NCBI GenBank assembly: GCA_947465215.1
Contig: CANHZX010000001.1
Location: 1,718-65,717, forward strand
Direction of reading: 5' to 3'
Length of the DNA: 64,000 bases
Source of the DNA: Betaproteobacteria bacterium
Lineage (GTDB): Bacteria > Pseudomonadota > Gammaproteobacteria > Burkholderiales > SG8-41
Shown here: positions 57,346-64,000 of the stretch, in pieces
How the letters are laid out: the number at the start of each line of letters is the position of its first letter
Position numbering within the stretch: position 1 is the first letter of the stretch
The notes under the pieces: generated by a model
What the model was told of the DNA's origin: nothing
Databases searched by the model: none
The model's input: only the letters and a program-made list of their open reading frames with translations
Position numbers and translations under genes: made by a program

Positions 57346-58536
57346 ATGAATAACGGACGCGAAGTTGTCGTTCTGAGTGGCGTGCGCACTGCAATCGGCG
57401 ATTACGGCGGTGCACTCAAGGACATCGCCCCGACGGAACTCGCAGGTCAGGTGGTCAAGGAAGCGGTCAGCCGCGCCAAGATCGATCCCAAACTGATTGG
57501 CCAGCTCGTCTTCGGCAACGTGATCCACGGCGAAGCCAAAGACATGTATTTCTCGCGCGTCGCCTGCATCAAGGGTGGCCTGCCGCAGGACACCACGGCA
57601 ATGACCGTCAACCGCCTGTGCGGTAGCGGCATGCAGGCGATCGTCTCCGCATCACAAAGCATTTTGCTCGGCGACTGCGATGCGGCCGTCGGCGGCGGCG
57701 CCGAATCAATGAGCCGTGGTGGTTACCTGATGCCCACCCTGCGCTGGGGTCAGCGCATGGGCGACGGCGGCTTCATCGACATGATGGTCGGCGCACTGAC
57801 CGATCCCTTCGACACCGTGCACATGGGCATCACCGCGGAAAATATCGCCGCGCAATGGAAAATCTCGCGCGAACAGCAGGATGAATTCGCGGTGGAAAGC
57901 CATCGCCGCGCGATCAGTGCCATCGAAAAAGGTTATTTCAAGGACCAGATCCTGCCGATCGAACTGAAAACCCGCAAAGGCACCACGCTGTTCGACAAGG
58001 ATGAACATCCGCGCGCCGACGTCACACTCGAAGGTCTGGCCAAGCTGCGCGCCGCATTCAAGAAAGAGGGCGGCTCAGTCACCGCAGGCAACGCGTCGGG
58101 CATCAACGACGGCGCTGCTGCCGTGGTGCTGATGGAAAAGGAAGCCGCATTAAAAGCCGGCCTCAAACCGATGGCACGCCTGGTGTCGTACGGCCTAGCC
58201 GGTGTTGATCCGAAAATCATGGGCATCGGCCCCGTGCCGGCGGTGCAGAACGCGCTGAAACGCGCAGGGCTTAAAGTCGAAGACATGGACGTCATCGAAT
58301 CGAACGAAGCATTTGCCGTCCAGGCACTCGCCGTCTCCTGCGACCTCAAATTCGATCCGAAGAAAACCAACCCCAACGGCGGCGCAGTAGGCCTCGGCCA
58401 TCCGATCGGCGCAACCGGCGCCCTGCTCACCGTCAAGGCACTGTACGAACTGCAGCGCACCGGCGGCCGTTACGCACTGGTAACGATGTGCATCGGTGGC
58501 GGTCAGGGTATTGCAGCAGTGTTTGAGCGCATGTAA
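57346..58536 (+). CDS. acetyl-CoA C-acetyltransferase (thiolase II)
   Basis: NRLCGSGMQA (active-site Cys), NEAFA, GHPIGATG, CIGGGQG. Confidence 0.92.
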   Translation: MNNGREVVVLSGVRTAIGDYGGALKDIAPTELAGQVVKEAVSRAKIDPKLIGQLVFGNVIHGEAKDMYFSRVACIKGGLPQDTTAMTVNRLCGSGMQAIVSASQSILLGDCDAAVGGGAESMSRGGYLMPTLRWGQRMGDGGFIDMMVGALTDPFDTVHMGITAENIAAQWKISREQQDEFAVESHRRAISAIEKGYFKDQILPIELKTRKGTTLFDKDEHPRADVTLEGLAKLRAAFKKEGGSVTAGNASGINDGAAAVVLMEKEAALKAGLKPMARLVSYGLAGVDPKIMGIGPVPAVQNALKRAGLKVEDMDVIESNEAFAVQALAVSCDLKFDPKKTNPNGGAVGLGHPIGATGALLTVKALYELQRTGGRYALVTMCIGGGQGIAAVFERM

Positions 58537-58557
58537 CAAGCCCCACATCCTGACTTG

Positions 58558-58589
58558 AAATGCCGCGCCCTGCGCGGCATTTTTTTTGA
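58558..58589 (+). terminator. rho-independent terminator
   Basis: aaATGCCGCGCcctGCGCGGCATttttttt. Confidence 0.85.
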
Positions 58590-58845
58590 CTTTTCACTAA
58601 TCCAACACACTGCGATGGCAGAAGCGCACTTCCGGAAACCGCTAACCATTTGATTTACCGGCCAATTCATTCACCCGCCAATGACCGTATCGATAAAGCG
58701 AGTCCCCTCAGTGGTTCGGTATCCAGTTTTTAGAGGACAACACACGAAGCCAGACCTGCCGCCAAAGGTTGCCCCGCGCGGCGAATTTCACCATTATTCG
58801 ATTTTGGCAATAGACAATATATATAAACCCGAGGAGAAGTTTTTC

Positions 58846-59823
58846 ATGCGTATCCCGAAGCTGCTGGCAGCACTCGTCTTTCCGGCACTGCTCGCGGCAC
58901 CTGCACATGCCCAAGCCGCCGAAACCAAATACCCGGAAAAACCCATCCGCCTGATCATCGGCAGCGCCACCGGCTCCGGCCCCGACATCATCAGCCGCCA
59001 GCTCTCCGAACGCTTGTACGACACCTGGAAACAACGGGTAGTCGTAGACGCCCGACCGGGCGCCGCCGGCGCGATCAGTGCCGACCTGACCATGGGCTCC
59101 GCTGCTGACGGCTACACCTGGATGATGCTGACCTCCCAACTGTTCGTCGCCTCCCAGGTCCTCGCCGATATCAAGTTCGATCTGCAACGCGACTTCCGCT
59201 CGGCAGCACTGATCGGTGTCACGCCGTTCGTGCTGCTGTCCAACAATCAACTACCGGTGAAATCACTGAAGGAGCTGATTGATCTTGCGAAGAAGCAGCC
59301 GGGCAAACTGCGCTACGGCTCCGCCGGCACCGGTGCCTCAGAGCATCTCTCCGGTGTGCTGCTCAACCACCTGACCGGCACCAACATGCTGCATGTGCCT
59401 TACAAAGGTGTTGCGCAATCGATCACCGATGCACTGGCCAACGAAGTGCAGATGACCTATGCGGTGCTGCCCGCCGCGCTGCCACACATCCAGGGCGGCC
59501 GCCTGCGCGCTCTGGGGGTGACTACCGCCAAACGCGCCATATTGATCCCCGACGTGCCCGCGATTGGCGAGGTGGTTCCGGGTTATGCAATGAATGCCTG
59601 GTACAGCATCGTCGTCAAAAACGGCACTCCGCCCCCGGTACTGGCCGCAATGAGCAGGGAAATCGTCAAGGTGCTGCGTGAACCTGCCTACGGCGAAAAA
59701 ATGAAAGGTCTGGGCATCGAAATGATTGCCGGAGACAGTGCGGTGCTCGACGCCTGGCGCCGCGATGAAAACAAGCGCATCGTCGAAGTGGTCAAGTTAT
59801 CCGGGGCCAAGGAAACAAAGTAA
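58846..59823 (+). CDS. Bug family substrate-binding protein (TctC-like)
   Basis: ATG at 58846 after GAGGAG. Signal peptide MRIPKLLAALVFPALLAAPAHA plus the Bug blocks. Confidence 0.9.
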   Translation: MRIPKLLAALVFPALLAAPAHAQAAETKYPEKPIRLIIGSATGSGPDIISRQLSERLYDTWKQRVVVDARPGAAGAISADLTMGSAADGYTWMMLTSQLFVASQVLADIKFDLQRDFRSAALIGVTPFVLLSNNQLPVKSLKELIDLAKKQPGKLRYGSAGTGASEHLSGVLLNHLTGTNMLHVPYKGVAQSITDALANEVQMTYAVLPAALPHIQGGRLRALGVTTAKRAILIPDVPAIGEVVPGYAMNAWYSIVVKNGTPPPVLAAMSREIVKVLREPAYGEKMKGLGIEMIAGDSAVLDAWRRDENKRIVEVVKLSGAKETK

Positions 59824-59842
59824 GCGTTTCCCGATCAATATG

Positions 59843-59872
59843 AAAATGCCGTGCATTGCACGGCATTTTTTA
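59843..59872 (+). terminator. rho-independent terminator
   Basis: aaaATGCCGTGCattGCACGGCATttttt. Confidence 0.85.
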
Positions 59873-60062
59873 TGAGGTACGGGTTTCAAGCGCCACTGCA
59901 GGATCTTGCTTCTTCCGTAGCCGGTTGCGGAGATTCCGTCTCCGGGGTGACATCCGCCTTCCGCCGGCTGCCATTGCTTGCCGGACATATTCACTTCATG
60001 AACATTCTGTACGCGTAAGTGTTCGAAAGACAGGCGATTGGAATCCGTGCAGAATCCCGTCC

Positions 60063-61277
60063 ATGACAACCGCCCAGACCGCCGCCCGTCCTGACGGGCA
60101 CCCCACCGCCGTCAACCTGCTGCTGAACGTCGGCCACGCCATCGACCACATGTTCCTGCTGATTTTCGCGACGGCGGTATCGACCATCGCCATCGAGTTC
60201 GGTCACGGCGACTGGACCGACCTGATGCCTTACAGCGTCGGCGCCTTTGCGCTGTTCGGCCTGGGTGCGATGCCCGCAGGACGTCTTGGCGATCTGTGGG
60301 GGCGCCGCGTAATGATGATCATCTTTTTCATCGGCATGGGCCTGTCGGCGATGCTGGTGGCGATGACGCACAGTGCCTGGCAGCTTGCCGCCGCACTGAC
60401 GCTGATGGGTGCCTTCGCGGCGATCTATCACCCGGTGGGTATCCCGATGCTGGTGCAGGGCGTGTCGAACCCCGGCGCGGTAATCGGCTTGAACGGACTC
60501 GCCGGCAACCTCGGCATCGCCGTGGCGGCGCTGGTCACCGGTTTCCTTGTCAAATGGCTGGGCTGGCGTGAAGCCTTCATCATCCCCGGGCTGGTTTCGA
60601 TTGCCTGCGGCATCATCTTTGCACTGGTCTGCCCGAAGGAAACGGAAGCGCCGGCCAAACGCAAAGGCGGCAAGGCCAAGGTCACGCTGACGCCGGAGAT
60701 GCTGATGCGCGCATTCGCGGTTATGACCGCTGCCGCTGCAGTCAGCACCGTGCTGTTCAACTTCACCACTAACGGCAACTCCCAGCTGCTCGCGGCAGGA
60801 TTCAAAGGCGTCATCGAAGATCCGGCAGCAATCGGCACGCTGCTGGCCATCATCTATGCAGTAGCATCACTCGCGCAACTGGTCGTCGGCAGGCTGATTG
60901 ATCGCATGCCGTTCAAGCCGCTGCAGCTGTGGATTTCGGTGGCACAGGTGCCGCTGCTGATCTGGGCCGCGCACACCCAGGACTGGGGACTGTTCGTCGC
61001 GATGCTCGCGGTAATGGTGTTTGTCTTCGGCTCAATACCGTTCACCGACGCAATGATCGTGCGTTATGTCGATGACCGACTGCGCTCGCGCGTAGCCGGC
61101 ATGCGCCTGACCGTGGCCTTCGGTTTCAGCTCGCTGGCGGTCTGGCTGATCGGTCCGCTGGTCAAAAACATCGGCTTCGCCAATGCGCTGTGGATCATGG
61201 CCGGCATCGCCGCGATAAAGGCCGGGATCGTATTGTTGCTTCCCGACGAACCCGACGCAGAACCCGTCAAAGTCTGA
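60063..61277 (+). CDS. MFS transporter
   Basis: ATG at 60063 (MTTAQTAARPDGHP...). About 12 hydrophobic segments. Confidence 0.8.
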   Translation: MTTAQTAARPDGHPTAVNLLLNVGHAIDHMFLLIFATAVSTIAIEFGHGDWTDLMPYSVGAFALFGLGAMPAGRLGDLWGRRVMMIIFFIGMGLSAMLVAMTHSAWQLAAALTLMGAFAAIYHPVGIPMLVQGVSNPGAVIGLNGLAGNLGIAVAALVTGFLVKWLGWREAFIIPGLVSIACGIIFALVCPKETEAPAKRKGGKAKVTLTPEMLMRAFAVMTAAAAVSTVLFNFTTNGNSQLLAAGFKGVIEDPAAIGTLLAIIYAVASLAQLVVGRLIDRMPFKPLQLWISVAQVPLLIWAAHTQDWGLFVAMLAVMVFVFGSIPFTDAMIVRYVDDRLRSRVAGMRLTVAFGFSSLAVWLIGPLVKNIGFANALWIMAGIAAIKAGIVLLLPDEPDAEPVKV

Positions 61278-61485
61278 TTCACCGCCTGCCCCCGCCCCGG
61301 GCCGTCAGCAGACCCTTTTGCAATCAAATCAAAGGGTTTTAGGCGCTTTTCACGGGCTTTTAGCCTTCCCGCACAGGGCAAAGTGGCTAAAAAGCAGGCA
61401 TTTGGGGTATCATTGCCGGTTCCCGCCATGCGTACGGCCCCGGCCGGCGCTGCCCGTCAACCCCATCGCAGAGAGAAGGCAAGAC

Positions 61486-61749
61486 ATGCAGGCAATTCTG
61501 GATTATCTGAAAAAAACCGGCGAACAACTGGATTCCGAGATCGCCACCGCCACCGGACTTTCACTGGCCAGCGTGCGCCAGCATGTGACGGTGCTGCAGT
61601 CGCGCGGCGACATCATGATCTGCCGCTCGATCCGCTTCAAGGACGGCAAACCCAGCGAAGGTATGTTGTGCCGCATCTCCGGCTACATCCCGCCCGTCGC
61701 CCCGGGTCGTAAGCCCAAGGGTTCGGTGCCGGCCAAACCGGTCATCTAA
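61486..61749 (+). CDS. small winged-helix DNA-binding-like protein (87 aa)
   Basis: ILDYLKKTGEQLDSEIATATGLSLASVRQHVTVLQSRGDI is a wHTH-like pattern, followed by a basic, proline-rich tail. RBS GAGAGAAGG. Confidence 0.5.
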   Translation: MQAILDYLKKTGEQLDSEIATATGLSLASVRQHVTVLQSRGDIMICRSIRFKDGKPSEGMLCRISGYIPPVAPGRKPKGSVPAKPVI

Positions 61750-61827
61750 GCAGTAGCGGTATTGCGGGCCTGCCTCATCAGGCCCGCCCCCCCCGGATCT
61801 GCTGTTTTTCCCGCCCAAGCCGCGTAA

Positions 61828-62826
61828 TCACGACACTCCCGCTTCAATCGTTTTGTCAGCGCGAGTCTTCCAAAGCGACACCAGCACTCCGCCAGCAATC
61901 AGGCCGAAGGTCACGCTGAGCGAAATCACCGGCGGCACCTTGCCGATTAACCCGACCAAAAATATCTTCGAACCGATGAATACCAGTACGAGCGCTAGCG
62001 CGTACTTCAAATACTTGAAACGGTGAATCATCGCTGCAAGCGCGAAATACAGTGCGCGCAAACCCAAGATCGCAAAAATGTTGCTGGTGTAGACAATAAA
62101 CGGATCGGTGGTGATCGCAAAAATTGCCGGCACCGAATCCACCGCAAACACCAGGTCAACGAACTCCACCAAGCACAGTGCAAGGAACAACGGGGTCACC
62201 CAACGCACTAACCGCCCGGAAGCCGGATCCGGCCTCTGCACAAAGAAGGCATTGCCGGCGAGTTCAGGAGTGACGCGCATATGCCTGCGCAACAGTTTTA
62301 GGAGCGGATTGCCGGCAATGTCCGGCATATGATCGGCCAGTATCCACATCTTGATACCCGTGATGACAAGGAAAAGGCCGAACACATAAAGAATCCAGCT
62401 GAACTGGCTGACCAGCGCTGCGCCCAATCCGATCATGATCGCCCGCAACACGATCACGCCGAGGATGCCCCAGAACAGCACCCGATGCTGATACTGCCGC
62501 GGTATCGCGAAGTAGGTGAAAATCAGCGCAATCACAAAAACGTTGTCCATCGACAACGATTTCTCGATCAGAAAGCCGGTGTAATACTCCGTACCTCTTT
62601 CTGATCCCAGGTGCCACCACACCCAGGCACCGAACAGCAGTGCAACACCGATATAACCTGCGGACAGCAGCAGACTTTCACGAACGCCGATTTCATGGTC
62701 ATCGCGGTGCAGAACGCCCAGATCAAAAGCGAGAAGCGCGGTAACAATGCCTACGAAGGACAGCCACAGCCAGGCTGAATGCCCCAGAAACGGGGTGTGC
62801 AGAAATTCAGTCATCGCTTCCAACAC
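61828..62826 (-). CDS. TerC family integral membrane protein
   Basis: Polytopic, with the TerC-type blocks E.SLS.DN.FV and F.VDS.PA. GTG at 62826 (an alternative ATG lies at 62814). Confidence 0.85.
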   Translation of the reverse strand: MLEAMTEFLHTPFLGHSAWLWLSFVGIVTALLAFDLGVLHRDDHEIGVRESLLLSAGYIGVALLFGAWVWWHLGSERGTEYYTGFLIEKSLSMDNVFVIALIFTYFAIPRQYQHRVLFWGILGVIVLRAIMIGLGAALVSQFSWILYVFGLFLVITGIKMWILADHMPDIAGNPLLKLLRRHMRVTPELAGNAFFVQRPDPASGRLVRWVTPLFLALCLVEFVDLVFAVDSVPAIFAITTDPFIVYTSNIFAILGLRALYFALAAMIHRFKYLKYALALVLVFIGSKIFLVGLIGKVPPVISLSVTFGLIAGGVLVSLWKTRADKTIEAGVS

Positions 62827-62859
62827 GGCATATCCTCTGCTTTTGAATCAGATTCGCCA

Positions 62860-63294
62860 TCAGGCGTTGAGCGGCAACGCGCCTGCTAGCGACTTGCCCA
62901 GCGTGTCGGTCTCGATACCCCAATCCTCAATGGCCGCCCTCAATACCGCCATTTCACCCTCGGTTATATGACTGTCCGCATCAGCCACCGATGCACACAA
63001 CTGCAACACACTGCTCCTCAGCGCGGGCTGACGAATTTCCAATAGCAACTGCCGCATGGTTTCACGGTCCAGCCGGCACGCCTCACCCCAACTCAGACAG
63101 GGCGCACCCAGCAGGTCCTCACAGCAGTTTTGGACGACCTCATACAAATCATCGCGGCTTAAACCGAGGCGAGCCGGCGCATCCATGCGCTCCAGCCTTT
63201 CGAGTTCAACACGCGACAAGCTGCCGTCAGCAAGAAGTGCGAGTGCAACAATGCGTGCAGCAGCGCGGGGACTGTCATTCGGATATGTACGCAA
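62860..63294 (-). CDS. TerB-like (tellurite-resistance TerB family) protein
   Basis: Helical protein with the repeated ADG/ADAD...E...L signature (LLADGSLSRVELERL; ADADSHITEGEMAVL). Confidence 0.6.
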   Translation of the reverse strand: MRTYPNDSPRAAARIVALALLADGSLSRVELERLERMDAPARLGLSRDDLYEVVQNCCEDLLGAPCLSWGEACRLDRETMRQLLLEIRQPALRSSVLQLCASVADADSHITEGEMAVLRAAIEDWGIETDTLGKSLAGALPLNA

Positions 63295-63329
63295 AATCGG
63301 GCTCCTTAAAAAAACGGGGGTGCTGAAAA

Positions 63330-63608
63330 TCAGTCAAAAATTTCTGCAATCCAGGATTTACGTCTCCCGTAGTGCTGCTGCGGCGCTGACCGGTAGCGAT
63401 GATCATCCCGGCTTGCCTCCGACACCGGCTCAGCAGGCCGGCTCGACCGCTCAACCAGCTTGTCGAGTTCTCCGCGATCCAGCCAGACCCCGCGGCATTT
63501 CTGGCAATAATCGATTTCGATACCCTGACGCTCGGTCATGACCAGCGGCGTTTCAGTACAAACGGGGCATTTCACAGGTTTCTCCGGATCAATAAATTGG
63601 ACGGTCAA
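63330..63608 (-). CDS. TFIIB-type zinc-ribbon domain protein
   Basis: CPVC...17 aa...CQKCRGVWLDRGELDKL, with the C-terminus ...RRKSWIAEIFD. The TTG start overlaps the upstream TGA (TTGA). Confidence 0.7.
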   Translation of the reverse strand: MTVQFIDPEKPVKCPVCTETPLVMTERQGIEIDYCQKCRGVWLDRGELDKLVERSSRPAEPVSEASRDDHRYRSAPQQHYGRRKSWIAEIFD

Positions 63609-63964
63609 TTCACAGCAGCCAGCTGCCGGCTGATGCGCAGCTTGTTTCCGCGCATCCGCGACGGGTCGCGATCGCGCCGCCAGGCACGCACCAACAGACG
63701 CGCCGCCCTGGCCAGTGCCGTATCAAGAGCAGCCCGCCAGTCACTGGCTGTAGAAGAAATGACCAGCACGCTCCGCCCATCGGACTTCAACATCACCTGA
63801 CAACGCTTGTCCAATCCGCCGCGCGGACCATTGACGTCAGACAACTGGACCTGCGCGCGGGAAACCATCCAGGCCAGCCGGCGCATCACAAAACGCACCC
63901 GATGCTCGGCAAGATCACGGTATTCGGCGCTGCGGGGATCACGGGTTTCAATCTGCACTTGCAT
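63605..63964 (-). CDS. HPF/RaiA (S30AE) family ribosome-associated protein, short form
   Basis: MQVQIETRD...VQLSDVNGPRGGLDKRCQV...A.D.A..R pattern, recalled from short S30AE-family proteins. ATG at 63964 after GGAGG. Confidence 0.55.
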   Translation of the reverse strand: MQVQIETRDPRSAEYRDLAEHRVRFVMRRLAWMVSRAQVQLSDVNGPRGGLDKRCQVMLKSDGRSVLVISSTASDWRAALDTALARAARLLVRAWRRDRDPSRMRGNKLRISRQLAAVN

Positions 63965-64000
63965 GTCACACCTCCTTGGGTTGAACGACGCACACAAGAT

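Noticed and set aside
62827-62859. A possible second yybP-ykoY riboswitch in front of TerC, as for E. coli alx.
   Set aside because: Only 33 nt separate TerC from the upstream TerB-like gene, and no GGGGAGUAG or GCAAGACC blocks are present.

Overview
GC-rich chromosomal segment that looks betaproteobacterial (Burkholderiales/Rhodocyclales-like). This is inferred from gene content and synteny only, since no search was possible. I call about 66 CDS.

**Layout**
- Roughly 0-33 kb is a patchwork of small catabolic and transport modules. It is dominated by paralogous Bug/TctC-type periplasmic binding proteins: nine copies in the window, and no TctA/TctB membrane partner.
- 33-44 kb is a conserved housekeeping block: an AddB-like/AddA-like helicase-nuclease pair, fdxA, trxA, rho, rpmE and tartrate dehydrogenase.
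- 44-64 kb holds a GGT-like protein, a TRAP transporter, a cynABD-cynS-type cyanate ABC transporter plus cyanase operon, an M48 protease, a GT39 glycosyltransferase, Hsp33, a thiolase, a further Bug and MFS gene, and a TerC/TerB/zinc-ribbon/HPF-like cluster.

**Non-coding calls**
- One yybP-ykoY (Mn2+) riboswitch in front of a UPF0016/GDT1 exporter.
- One good sigma-54 promoter with an upstream palindrome in front of the cyanate operon.
- One sigma-70 promoter for rpmE.
- About eleven hairpin-plus-T-run terminators.

**Not seen:** rRNA, tRNA, CRISPR, transposase, integrase, phage genes, or any classical transcription factor.

**Novel system:** I did not find a self-evident, self-contained novel multi-gene system. 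The best leads are:
1. A duplicated head-to-head unit of a Bug binding protein plus an SDR-fold protein that lacks the Ser/Tyr catalytic residues.
2. A split ComDE-like ThDP decarboxylase embedded in a run of three Bug genes plus DinB.
3. An orphan exported Met/Gly-rich 412-aa protein.
4. Two enzymes carrying lysine-rich, histone-H1-like tails.
5. The HPF-like/zf-TFIIB/TerB/TerC gene string at the window edge.

Many long ORFs in the six-frame track are off-frame or antisense artefacts of high GC, and I rejected them.
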